IMG/VR virus record: IMGVR_UViG_2896595138_000001
Coordinates: 1 to 30,379 of that record
DNA length: 30,379 bases
Reading direction: 5' to 3' (one strand)
From: a virus
Lineage: Duplodnaviria; Heunggongvirae; Uroviricota; Caudoviricetes
Below, piece by piece: positions 8,076 to 17,747 of this stretch. How positions within the stretch are numbered: the first letter of the stretch is position 1; each line of letters begins with the position of its first letter. The position numbers were made by a program, and so were the translations under genes. The notes below the pieces were generated by a model. That model did not search any database, was not told where the DNA came from, and worked only from the letters and a program-made list of their open reading frames with translations.

Positions 8076-8638
8076 TGTCGCCATCATTACGCAAGGCTGT
8101 TGCAGTTGCTATTGGTGGCGGGGCTGTTGCTATAGCATCTGTGTTAATCACTGGCCCAGGTGGTAACGATGGCCTGGAAGGTGTCAGCTACATACCATAC
8201 AAAGATATCATTGGTGTATGGACTGTATGTCACGGACACACCGGAAAAGACATCATGCCTGGTAAAACGTATACCGAAGCAGAATGCAAAGCTCTCCTGA
8301 ATAAAGACCTTGCCACTGTCGCCAGACAAATTAACCCGTACATCAAAGTCGATATACCGGAAACAACGCGCGGCGCTCTTTACTCGTTCGTTTACAACGT
8401 GGGCGCTGGCAATTTCAGAACATCGACGCTTCTTCGCAAAATAAACCAGGGCGATATCAAAGGCGCATGTGACCAGCTACGTCGCTGGACATATGCTGGC
8501 GGTAAGCAATGGAAAGGGCTGATGACCCGTCGTGAGATTGAGCGTGAAGTCTGTTTGTGGGGCAGCAATGAGCAGAGTCACCGCGATTATCTCCGCTCTG
8601 GTTATCTGCATCATCGCCTGCCTGTCATTGGCTGCTAA
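8075..8638 (+). CDS. SAR endolysin (lysozyme, phage 21 R / RrrD-like)
   Basis: N-terminal signal-anchor-release segment ([20 protein letters not shown]) plus lysozyme domain; start overlaps the holin stop; C-terminus longer than recalled RrrD. Confidence 0.85.
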
Positions 8639-9031
8639 TCATTACCGTGATAACGCCATTACCTACAAAGAGCAGCGCGATAATGTGAAGGAAAAACTCA
8701 ACCAGGCGACCGCAATCATTACTGACATGCAGATACGCCAGCGTGATGTTGCTGCACTCGATGCAAAATACCTGAAGGAGTTAGCTGATGCGAAAGCTGA
8801 AAATGATGCTCTACGTGATGATGTTGCCGCTGGTCGTCGTCGGTTGCACATCAAAGCAGTCTGTCAGTCAGTGCGTGAAGCCACCACCGCCTCCGGCGTG
8901 GATAATGCAACCAGCCCCGACTGGCAGACACCGCTGAACGGGATTATTTCACCCTCCGGGAACGACTGGTAATGATGCAGGCCCAACTTGAAGGTGCTCA
9001 GCAATACATAACCGAACAGTGTTTAAAGTAA
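8568..9031 (+). pseudogene. Rz i-spanin, frame-shifted at a C run (8915-8918)
   Basis: N-terminus [16 protein letters not shown]… with TM helix; after ~codon 116 the canonical Rz C-terminus ([17 protein letters not shown]…QCLK) continues in another frame to the stop at 9029-9031. Confidence 0.65.
8788..8972 (+). pseudogene. Rz1 o-spanin lipoprotein embedded in Rz, disrupted by the same 1-bp indel
   Basis: GAAGGAG RBS, lipobox LVVVGC, proline-rich PPPPPAW; the canonical C-terminus [13 protein letters not shown]… now lies in the Rz frame downstream of the C run. Confidence 0.55.
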
Positions 9032-9168
9032 AATCTTAACTACAATATGATTCATTTTGATGATTGTTTCATAAGGAACAGTGAAGTAAGATCTTAGAGG
9101 AGTTGAATTTTATACAGTATAATCATAATGTTGCAGCAAGGTGGTTATAATTGAAAGAATATTTAGAT

Positions 9169-10888
9169 ATGAATACATCTCATGTAAGAGTTGTTACTCA
9201 TATGTGTGGGTTCCTGGTTTGGCTCTATAGTCTTTCAATGTTGCCACCAATGGTTGTAGCATTGTTTTATAAAGAAAAAAGCCTGTTCGTTTTCTTTATA
9301 ACTTTCGTTATATTTTTTGCATTGGTGGCGGAGCGTGGTATACAACTAAGAAATCTGGTATTCAATTACGTACCCGTGATGGGTTTATTATAATTGTAAT
9401 GTTTTGGATTTTGTTTTCTGTTATTAGTGCATTCCCTTTATGGATTGACTCAGAACTTAATTTAACGTTTATCGATGCTCTATTTGAAGGGGTTTCTGGA
9501 ATAACAACAACAGGAGCAACTGTAATTGATGATGTTAGTTCATTACCTCGGGCATATTTGTACTATCGGTCACAGTTAAATTTTATAGGTGGTTTAGGAG
9601 TTATTGTTCTGGCGGTTGCTGTATTGCCATTATTGGGTATTGGTGGTGCAAAGCTTTATCAGTCAGAAATGCCGGGGCCATTTAAGGATGACAAACTTAC
9701 TCCCCGCCTGGCCGATACGTCACGGACACTTTGGATAACTTATTCTTTATTAGGTATTGCTTGTATTGTCTGTTATAGACTTGCAGGAATGCCTTTGTTT
9801 GATGCTATTTGTCACGGGATATCCACAGTTTCGCTTGGTGGTTTCTCAACTCATAGCGAGAGTATCGGATATTTTAATAACTATTTGGTTGAGCTGGTGG
9901 CTGGTTCTTTTTCCCTGCTATCGGCTTTCAATTTCACCCTTTGGTATATTGTTATTAGCAGGAAAACGATAAAACCTTTAATCAGAGATATTGAACTTCG
10001 TTTCTTTCTGTTAATAGCCTTAGGGGTGATCATTGTTACCTCTTTCCAGGTCTGGCATATAGGTATGTATGACTTGCCTGGAAGTTTTATTCATTCGTTT
10101 TTTCTTGCCAGCTCCATGCTCACTGATAATGGTTTAGCTACGCAGGATTATGCAAACTGGCCCACGCACACGATAGTGTTTTTGCTGTTGTCAAGTTTCT
10201 TTGGGGATGTGTAGGTTCAACTTGTGGTGGAATTAAGTCACTTCGATTTCTTATACTTTTCAAACAAAGCAAACACGAGATAAACCAGCTTTCTCATCCC
10301 AGAGCGTTGTTGAGTGTAAATGTAGGAGGGAAGATAGTTACAGATCGTGTCATGAGGTCTGTATGGAGTTTCTTTTTTCTTTATACTCTCTTCACGGTGT
10401 TTTTTATACTGGTGTTAAATGGTATGGGATATGATTTTCTTACATCATTTGCAACAGTGGCTGCATGTATTAATAATATGGGATTAGGTTTTGGGGCTAC
10501 TGCATCGTCATTCGGAGTGCTTAATGACATTGCAAAATATTTAATGTGCATAGCTATGATTCTTGGTCGCCTTGAAATTTATCCTGTTATTATATTGTTT
10601 TCAGTTTTTTTTGGCGCTCCTAATATATGGCTGATTTATAATTGTGAGTTTAATATTATGTTGACTCACTCATTGATCCAATACCTAACTTTACCAGCAA
10701 CACCTCCGCCCCCAGTAGCACTGGCTGCTGGGGTGCGTTTTATTCATAAAGCAAGGCTGTATGAGCGAGATTTTATGCGTCCATCCGTAAGGGCGGAGCG
10801 AAAGGTGAAGCCAAGTTACGAGCGGCATTGTTTAAGCTTGCCAGAAAAGGGATGCCTTTGCTCTGCGCGAACTACTCAGGGTGGATAA
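9169..10888 (+). pseudogene. trkG: TrkG/TrkH-family K+ uptake protein (Rac-prophage trkG-like), split over three frames
   Basis: Pieces 9151..9393, 9399..10214 and 10307..10888 are polytopic membrane sequence with the recalled TrkG N-terminus (MNTSHVRVVTHMCGFLVWLYSLSMLPP…) and GIGG/GLG pore-loop motifs; AT-rich. True 3' end uncertain. Confidence 0.6.
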
Positions 10889-10927
10889 AAATCAGGACTA
10901 ACTGATGAGCAGACCGGACTGGGGGCG

Positions 10928-11995
10928 TTGCAGCAGGAGTATATTGCTGAATACACCCGCTCCGGTATATCTCCGGTGGCATGGTGTGAAGCAAGGGGAC
11001 TGAATTACGCAACAGCCCGTCGTTACATCAAAAAACCTCCGAAAAATGCGCAGACAGAAATGCGTAAAACTGCGCAACAAAGTGCGCAGAAAAAATCTGC
11101 GCAGACTGCGCAAAAGCGGAACGGAAAATCTCAGAAAAAAAAGCCAGTATCCGATGCGTGCCTGAATGAGGGCGACGCGGAGGAATTTTCGTTCTGCCCC
11201 GATGAATTCGGCATTTCTGACCAGCAGGCTAAGTTTGCGATGCTTGTTGCTCAGGGGAAAAAGCCGACAGAGGCATACCGACTGGCTGGTTATGAGGGGC
11301 AAGGTGCGACAGCTAACAGCAACGCCAGCCGTATGCTTAGAAATGCCAGGGTTTATCGTGCTATCAGTTACTTCCGCAATCAGTATCAGAAACGCTATAC
11401 CGCAGACCTGGATTTACTGGTGAGTCAGTTGATGGCTATTGTCCAGGCCGACCCCAATCAGTTGGCACAATTTCGCCGTGTTAACTGCCGTTATTGCTGG
11501 GGCGAGAATCATCTCTACCAGTGGCGTGATATTGCAGAATTCGATAAGGCAGCGGCACAGGCCTCCAGAGATGGCAAACCCGAGCCGGAATATGGAGGCC
11601 TCGGCTTTGTTGATAACGCCATACCCAATCCGGATTGTCCGAAGTGCTGCGGTGAGGGAACGGGACAGCTTTATATGGCTGATACCACTCTGCTTGATGG
11701 GGATGCGCGACAATTATATGCAGGGGCAAAGCTCGGGAAATTTGGTGTTGAGATCCTGCTGGAGGATAAGGCTGCCGCCCGGCGCGAACTTATCAAGCTG
11801 ATAATGGCGACGAAAGGAAGTTCTGCTGGTGGTGCAACTGACAGTCGCAATGATCTGGAGCTTGAAGGACTGAGGCTTCGCAACGAAAAGCTGCGCACTG
11901 AGATTGAAAACCTCAAAAAAGGCGTGGGTGGTGAGAATAACGAAATAATTATCCACAACTCTCTGCCGATGCCGGGAGTGGATAATGTCGATTGA
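10928..11995 (+). CDS. Terminase small subunit with C-terminal Cys-rich extension
   Basis: Central region resembles the terminase small-subunit domain (…TEAYRLAGYEGQGATANSNASRMLRNARVYRAI…); immediately precedes and overlaps TerL. Start annotated at a TTG, so the 5' end is uncertain. Confidence 0.6.
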   Translation: MQQEYIAEYTRSGISPVAWCEARGLNYATARRYIKKPPKNAQTEMRKTAQQSAQKKSAQTAQKRNGKSQKKKPVSDACLNEGDAEEFSFCPDEFGISDQQAKFAMLVAQGKKPTEAYRLAGYEGQGATANSNASRMLRNARVYRAISYFRNQYQKRYTADLDLLVSQLMAIVQADPNQLAQFRRVNCRYCWGENHLYQWRDIAEFDKAAAQASRDGKPEPEYGGLGFVDNAIPNPDCPKCCGEGTGQLYMADTTLLDGDARQLYAGAKLGKFGVEILLEDKAAARRELIKLIMATKGSSAGGATDSRNDLELEGLRLRNEKLRTEIENLKKGVGGENNEIIIHNSLPMPGVDNVD

Positions 11996-13313
11996 AATCT
12001 ACCTCCCAAAACCTCATGAGGGGCAAATAGCTGCATGGACGGCGGCAATAGAGGAACGCTTCCACGCGGTATGCTGTGGTCGTCGCTGGGGTAAAACGGT
12101 GATGCTGGTAAACATCGCTACCAGTTTCGCTACGCGGAAATTTGCCGTTCCTACCACCGGGCAACTTATCGCGGGTAGGGTGGGGATTTTTACCGCACAA
12201 TACCGCCAGTACCAGGAAATCTGGGATGAAATTAGCGCCGTTCTGCAACCGCTGATCCTCAGCCAGTCAAAAAATGAAAAGCGCATTATTCTCCGTAATG
12301 GGGGGCGCATCGACTTTTGGGTAACGGACAATAACAAACTAGCCGGGTGTGGGCGTAAATATCACGCTGTGCTGATTGATGAGGCAGCATTCACTAAATC
12401 GCCGGAAATGCTCGAGGAAATCTGGCCCCGAGCTATACGCCCGACGCTTGTCGATTACCGCGGCTGTGCGTGGGTATTTTCCACACCAAACGGTATCGAC
12501 GAGAGCAATTTTTTCTACGCGATATGCCACGATGAATCCCTGGGATTTGTCATGCACCATGCGCCAACTTCATCGAATCCGTATATTCCGAAAGAAGAAC
12601 TGGAGGAAACGGAGAAGAAATCCGATCCGCGCGTCTGGCAGCAGGAATATCTTGCCGAGTTCGTGGACTGGTCCAAAGACGCGTTACTCGATGTCGATAA
12701 GCTGCTGGTGGACGGTCAGCCGATTGAGATGCCGCCGTACTGCGACATGATTTTCGCAGTGATGGATACGGCGCTGAAAGGCGGGACCGAAAATGATGGT
12801 ACTGGCGTGTTGTATTTCGCTTATGAGTCAACGTATTCGGAAGAGCCAAAACTGACGATTATTGACTGGGATGTGACGCAAATTAAAGCGTCATTGCTTC
12901 CTGAATATATTCCCGGCGTTTATGACAACCTTGAGCGCCTCGCGAAATTATGCCGTCCGCGTCTGGGCAGCCAGGGAATTTTTATGGAAGACGCCGCGAT
13001 GGGGGCAATCCTCAACCAGAAGGCGGAAACCGAAGGCTGGGATATGACGCCGATTAAATCGGCACTAACCAGCAAGGGCAAAGACGAACGGGCGGTGATG
13101 GCATCCAGCTACCACTATCAGGGGATGTGCAAAATCGTCCGGGAGGCTTACGACAAGACCGTTTCATTCAAGCGCACCACCGCAAACCACCTCATAAAAC
13201 AAATCGCCGGATTCCACCTGGCGGATAAAGACGCGCATAAACGTGCTGATGACCTTTTCGATTGTTACACCTATGGATTGATCATCGCGCACGGTAATTA
13301 CGCGGAGTTGTAA
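11985..13313 (+). CDS. Terminase large subunit
   Basis: 442 aa with Walker A-like CCGRRWGKT and ATPase/nuclease arrangement; ATG overlaps the TerS stop. Confidence 0.8.
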   Translation: MSIEIYLPKPHEGQIAAWTAAIEERFHAVCCGRRWGKTVMLVNIATSFATRKFAVPTTGQLIAGRVGIFTAQYRQYQEIWDEISAVLQPLILSQSKNEKRIILRNGGRIDFWVTDNNKLAGCGRKYHAVLIDEAAFTKSPEMLEEIWPRAIRPTLVDYRGCAWVFSTPNGIDESNFFYAICHDESLGFVMHHAPTSSNPYIPKEELEETEKKSDPRVWQQEYLAEFVDWSKDALLDVDKLLVDGQPIEMPPYCDMIFAVMDTALKGGTENDGTGVLYFAYESTYSEEPKLTIIDWDVTQIKASLLPEYIPGVYDNLERLAKLCRPRLGSQGIFMEDAAMGAILNQKAETEGWDMTPIKSALTSKGKDERAVMASSYHYQGMCKIVREAYDKTVSFKRTTANHLIKQIAGFHLADKDAHKRADDLFDCYTYGLIIAHGNYAEL

Positions 13314-13330
13314 AAATCAGGATATTTTTG

Positions 13331-13500
13331 ATGGCAGAGATCGAGATTACTGGCGGCCTCGGTTCAGCACTGATGCGTATTCTTGAGGCTGAAGAAATTC
13401 AGCCAGGAACCGATATTGGCTATGAATTGTGTAAGCTGCTGTGGCAATTCCATCCTCTGGGCGGAAAACTTGTCGAAAAACCCATACTGATGGCGATGTG
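13331..13500 (+). pseudogene. N-terminal fragment of the gene after terminase (portal expected by synteny), cut by an IS110-family element
   Basis: About 57 codons of phage-like coding sequence directly downstream of TerL, then the reading frame runs into the IS. Identity by position only; 3' boundary approximate. Confidence 0.3.
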
Positions 13501-14968
13501 TAATCCGCGACAGTATAACGTGCCCCTATTAAGTTGTCAAGCATGTTATGACCCCTGCGGGGTATAAAAAGTCCCGTCGCGCATCATGGCGAACAGAACG
13601 TCGCAGCGTCGTCTCGCCAGGGCGATAAGCGCCTGATTGTGTCGTTTTCCCTGACTCATTTTGCGGGTGTAGTAAGCCCTGGAGAGCGGATCCCTGAGCG
13701 CGGCGAAGGCCGACAGGAACAACGCCCGTTTGAGAGCTTTATTACCCCGTCGCGAGGGATGCTCACCGCGTATTGACGAGCCGGATCGCCGAGTTACCGG
13801 CGCAAGGCCAGCATAAGCAGCGAGATGTGCGGCAGAGGCGAAGGCGCGGCAGGCGACCTCGGTGAGGAGTCTGGCTGCGGTCCTGACACCGACTCCGGGC
13901 ATACTGGTCAGGACCGGGTAAAGAGGGTGAGCAAGAACTCGCTGTTCTACCTCAAGCGCCACCTCGTCTCTTTGCTTACGCAGCGTGATGAGCTGGAGTG
14001 CCAGACGTGGCAGTACTACGGCAGCGGCATTCGTGCCGGGAACGACGACGGTTTGTTCGGCCAGTGCCTGAGCTATGTCTGCTGCAAGGCGTTTACCCAG
14101 ACGAGGCGCAAGTTTGCAGAGCTGGGCTGCCAGCTTCTTCTCACCCAGCGAAGCGAGTTTTTCTGGTGAGGGATATCGCTGGAGAAGATCGAGTACCGCC
14201 GGGTGCTCAAGTCTCGGACCGAGAACGCGCTCCAGTGCCGGATGTATCTGGGTCAGAAGGCCGCGGAGACGGTTGCTGGCCTGCGTTGTCTGTGCGGCAA
14301 GATCATCATCGAAGCCGCAGAGCATGGAGAGTTCGGCGATTTGCTCGTCAGCCAGTTTCAGCGTGCGTAGCGCGTGAGGCAGGGTACGGGCAGCTTCGGC
14401 AATGATGGCAGCGTCACGAGCATCAGTTTTAGCTTCACCGGCGTGTAAGTCGGCTATGCGGCGCATGGCCAGTCCAGGGAGGTATCCGACAAGGACTCCT
14501 TCTGAGCGGGCAACGGCGACAGGTAACGCACCGATGGTAGCTGGCTGATCAACAACCAGCAGTATCTGACCATGTTGTTTCAGGTCAGATATTAGCGACC
14601 TGAGTTTGTTTTCGTCGTTGGGTAATGCTTTATCGAACAGGCGTTTACCTGAACGATTAATGGCAACAGCGTGATGCGTATCTTTACCGACATCAACGCC
14701 GATAAAGACCTGGACGGATTCGTAATCGCTGGATTCGGTCATTCTGTCTCCCTTGTATATGGGTTAACCAGATAACCACGGGGAGCAGGTACCGGCATCC
14801 ACGTTACAGACGGTCCCGGCAAAAGTGCCTGACCTGACCCCTATTAGCGGTTACCAGCGCCCCACCAGACCCGGTGACATCACCCCCGGATCATGGACGA
14901 CTGGGGGCAGTAATCATGCCGGGTCTGGCTGGCTAACACCCCATTATAAGGGGTACGAATAAAGTAAC
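13501..14968 (-). mobile_element. IS110-family insertion sequence (boundaries approximate)
   Basis: Contains a DEDD-type IS110-family transposase and a ~226 bp structured 5' non-coding leader; IS110 elements lack terminal inverted repeats, so ends are inferred from where flanking phage reading frames break. Confidence 0.7.
13546..14742 (-). CDS. IS110-family transposase/recombinase (DEDD N-terminal domain + Transposase_20-like C-terminal domain)
   Basis: 398 aa; N-terminus VFIGVDVGKDTHHAVAI, C-terminal …AYAGLAPVTRRSGSSIRGEHPSRRGNKALKRALF… typical of the IS110/IS1111 family. Confidence 0.85.
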   Translation of the reverse strand: MTESSDYESVQVFIGVDVGKDTHHAVAINRSGKRLFDKALPNDENKLRSLISDLKQHGQILLVVDQPATIGALPVAVARSEGVLVGYLPGLAMRRIADLHAGEAKTDARDAAIIAEAARTLPHALRTLKLADEQIAELSMLCGFDDDLAAQTTQASNRLRGLLTQIHPALERVLGPRLEHPAVLDLLQRYPSPEKLASLGEKKLAAQLCKLAPRLGKRLAADIAQALAEQTVVVPGTNAAAVVLPRLALQLITLRKQRDEVALEVEQRVLAHPLYPVLTSMPGVGVRTAARLLTEVACRAFASAAHLAAYAGLAPVTRRSGSSIRGEHPSRRGNKALKRALFLSAFAALRDPLSRAYYTRKMSQGKRHNQALIALARRRCDVLFAMMRDGTFYTPQGS

Positions 14969-14971
14969 GGG

Positions 14972-15688
14972 GTGAGCGATGCCCTGCAAGGCATTAATCA
15001 GAAAATCGATGGTGTCGTTACGCGCATGGACTCACTAGAACAGCGGGACAAAGCGCGGGCGGATGCCGAAGAACAGGTGAAAAAAGAGGCCGAAGAAAAG
15101 GCCAAAGCCGATGAAGCCGCAGAGGAACGGCGTAAAGCTGATGAAGCTGCGGCAAAGGAGGCGGAAGAAAAAGCCAAAGCTGACGAGGCGGCAGCTAAAG
15201 ACGCTGAGGAGAAAGCAAAGGCTGATTCCGAAGCGGAAGAACAGCGTAAGGCTGCCGAGGAGGCAGAAAAAGAACGCAATGACTCAGCCTTGGCAGAAGC
15301 ACAGGCAAAAGCCGACTCCGCATTCAGTGCCTGCGGTAAAAACGCGCCAGCACCGTTTTCTGGTGAAAATGCGCTGGACTACCGCAAGCGTGCGCTAATC
15401 GCTATGCAGAAACACTCTTCGGTACATAAGGACGTCAATATTCGCGCGATTGCGGATTCTGCAACGCTGGCTGTGCTTGAGGACGCAATTTTCAGTGCCG
15501 CCCGTCAGTCCATCGAAAAAGAAATGATGAGTACGCAGGGGCAACTGCATAAACGTATCCGCAACGATGAAGCCGGACGTCGCATTACTGAATATCAGGG
15601 CGATCCGAACGTCTGGCTGAGTGCTTTCAAAATTCCGGGGCGTCGTCTGGCAAAAATTAACACTCAAGGGAGCCTGAACAATGGCTGA
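14972..15688 (+). CDS. Head scaffold-like coiled-coil protein (possibly 5'-truncated by the IS110 element)
   Basis: Frame opens right at the IS boundary; repetitive (EEKAKADEAA)n coiled-coil region typical of scaffolding proteins; lies upstream of the capsid genes. Functional call by composition and position only. Confidence 0.35.
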   Translation: MSDALQGINQKIDGVVTRMDSLEQRDKARADAEEQVKKEAEEKAKADEAAEERRKADEAAAKEAEEKAKADEAAAKDAEEKAKADSEAEEQRKAAEEAEKERNDSALAEAQAKADSAFSACGKNAPAPFSGENALDYRKRALIAMQKHSSVHKDVNIRAIADSATLAVLEDAIFSAARQSIEKEMMSTQGQLHKRIRNDEAGRRITEYQGDPNVWLSAFKIPGRRLAKINTQGSLNNG

Positions 15689-15717
15689 TATTAACTTTCA
15701 TCCGTTTAAAAACCGTG

Positions 15718-15729
15718 GAGCATTTGGTG
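15718..15729. repeat. IS4 target-site duplication, left copy (GAGCATTTGGTG)
   Basis: Identical 12 bp at 17154..17165, directly flanking the IS4 ends. Confidence 0.85.
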
Positions 15730-17153
15730 TAATGCCGATCAGTTAAGGATCAGTTGACCGATCCAGTGGCTGTGTAAGAATCCGGAAACGCTCACTTGTT
15801 TCCGGATTTTTTTATGCACATTGGACAGGCTCTTGATCTGGTATCCCGTTACGATTCTCTGCGTAACCCACTGACTTCTCTGGGGGATTACCTCGACCCC
15901 GAACTCATCTCTCGTTGCCTTGCCGAATCAGGTACTGTAACGCTACGCAAGCGCCGTCTTCCCCTCGAAATGATGGTCTGGTGTATTGTTGGCATGGCGC
16001 TTGAGCGTAAAGAACCTCTTCACCAGATTGTGAATCGCCTGGACATCATGCTGCCGGGCAATCGCCCCTTCGTTGCCCCAGTGCCGTTATTCAGGCCCGC
16101 CAGCGCCTGGGAAGTGAGGCTGTCCGCCGCGTGTTCACGAAAACAGCGCAGCTCTGGCATAACGCCACGCCGCATCCGCACTGGTGCGGCCTGACCCTGC
16201 TGGCCATCGATGGTGTGTTCTGGCGCACACCGGATACACCAGAGAACGATGCAGCCTTCCCCCGCCAGACACATGCCGGGAACCCGGCGCTCTACCCGCA
16301 GGTCAAAATGGTCTGCCAGATGGAACTGACCAGCCATCTGCTGACGGCTGCAGCCTTCGGCACGATGAAGAACAGCGAAAATGAGCTTGCTGAGCAACTT
16401 ATAGAACAAACCGGCGATAACACTCTGACGTTAATGGATAAAGGTTATTACTCACTGGGACTGTTAAATGCCTGGAGCCTGGCGGGAGAACACCGCCACT
16501 GGATGATACCTCTCAGAAAGGGAGCGCAATATGAAGAGCTCAGAAAACTGGGTAAAGGCGATCATCTGGTGAAGCTGAAAACCAGCCCGCAGGCACGAAA
16601 AAAGTGGCCGGGACTGGGAAATGAAGTGACAGCCCGCCTGCTGACCGTGACGCGCAAAGGAAAAGTCTGCCATCTGCTGACGTCGATGACGGACGCCATG
16701 CGCTTCCCCGGAGGAGAAATGGCGGATCTGTACAGTCATCGCTGGGAAATCGAACTGGGATACAGGGAGATAAAACAGACGATGCAACTGAGCAGGCTGA
16801 CGCTGAGAAATAAAAAGCCGGAGCTTGTGGAGCAAGAGCTGTGGGGTGTCTTACTGGCTTATAATCTGGTGAGATATCAGATGATTAAAATGGCGGAACA
16901 TCTGAAAGGTTACTGGCCGAATCAACTGAGTTTCTCAGAATCATGCGGAATGGTGATGAGAATGCTGATGACATTGCAGGGCGCTTCACCGGGACGTATA
17001 CCGGAGCTGATGCGCGATCTTGCAAGTATGGGACAACTTGTGAAATTACCGACGAGAAGGGAAAGGGCCTTCCCGAGAGTGGTAAAGGAGAGGCCCTGGA
17101 AATACCCCACAGCCCGAAAAAGAGCCAGTCAGTTGCTTAACTGACTGGCATTA
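15730..17153 (+). mobile_element. IS4 (1424 bp here, canonical 1426 bp)
   Basis: Terminal inverted repeats TAATGCCGATCAGTTAAG… / …CTTAACTGACTGGCATTA; 12 bp direct target duplication; encodes the IS4 transposase. Confidence 0.9.
15814..17144 (+). pseudogene. IS4 transposase (InsG-like) with two 1-bp deletions in C runs
   Basis: Matches recalled K-12 IS4 transposase (MHIGQALDLVSRYDSL…YREIKQ…), but frames change at CCCC 16076-16079 and CCC 17113-17115; the canonical C-terminus PKKSQSVA is in another frame. Confidence 0.8.
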
Positions 17154-17165
17154 GAGCATTTGGTG
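17154..17165. repeat. IS4 target-site duplication, right copy (GAGCATTTGGTG)
   Basis: Identical to 15718..15729. Confidence 0.85.
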
Positions 17166-17747
17166 GCCTTTTTAACGTCGAATCCCGTGGGCTGATGCAG
17201 GGGGATGCGCAGGATGATCCGGCAATTCGTCTGCAACTTTGCTCCGGTCGACTGGACAGCAAAATCACTGAACCGGTATGGGGTGGCGTTGGAGTTATGG
17301 AGTGCATTGCCCCGCGAAAGACAGCGTTAACGGCGCGGTAATTAAACAAGCCACGAAGGACGCCTGTAACGCCTTTACTGTCTTTAATCAGGCATTTCAT
17401 GGCATTACCACGCCGGATAATCCGGTGCCGTTATATCTCGCGGGTGGCTTTGTTCACTATTACCGCGTTGGCTCAGGTGCCCGCATTCCTCTCCCTGTCA
17501 GTGCAGAAGTTGTTGCGCTGGCTGATGGAAATAACACCGTTGCTGCCAGTGGTTTTGTGTGGGATCTGACGAAAAACATGGTTGATGTTTATTCGGGATC
17601 ACCCGGCGCTAATCCGAAAGTGGATATTAAGCTGCTGATGGTTTCAGTTGACGGAAACCTGACGGTGAAAAAAGAGGATGGTGGTAACGTTGTCTGGGAA
17701 ATCGGCAAACCGTGCGGCCTGTTTTTAATTTAAGGGGATATTAATTA

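Larger units (their letters stand above)
15681..17733 (+). pseudogene. Head-module gene (~205 aa) interrupted by IS4 and frame-shifted at a C run (17310-17313)
   Basis: Starts MADINFHPFKNRGAFG, is split by IS4 at 15729/15730, resumes after the target duplication and continues to 17733 once a 1-bp shift at GCCCCG is allowed. Confidence 0.45.

Noticed and set aside
11414-12849. Multiple reverse-strand ORFs (80-125 aa) within the terminase genes and 12376..12750 (+)
   Set aside because: All overlap the strongly supported TerS and TerL frames and lack start-site signals.
13825-14405. Plus-strand ORFs (13825..14169, 13998..14405, 14075..14377) inside the IS110-family element
   Set aside because: Antisense to the IS110-family transposase gene in a GC-rich region where long spurious ORFs are expected.
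14998-15398. ORFs 14998..15279 (-) and 15111..15398 (+) overlapping the scaffold-like gene
   Set aside because: Alternative-frame translations of the GAA/GCC-rich repetitive region; the Ser/Ala and Lys/Arg low-complexity products are frame artefacts.
16020-17400. Reverse-strand ORFs 16020..16409, 16464..16835, 16922..17110 and 17137..17400
   Set aside because: The first three are antisense to the IS4 transposase; the last is antisense to the resumed head gene.
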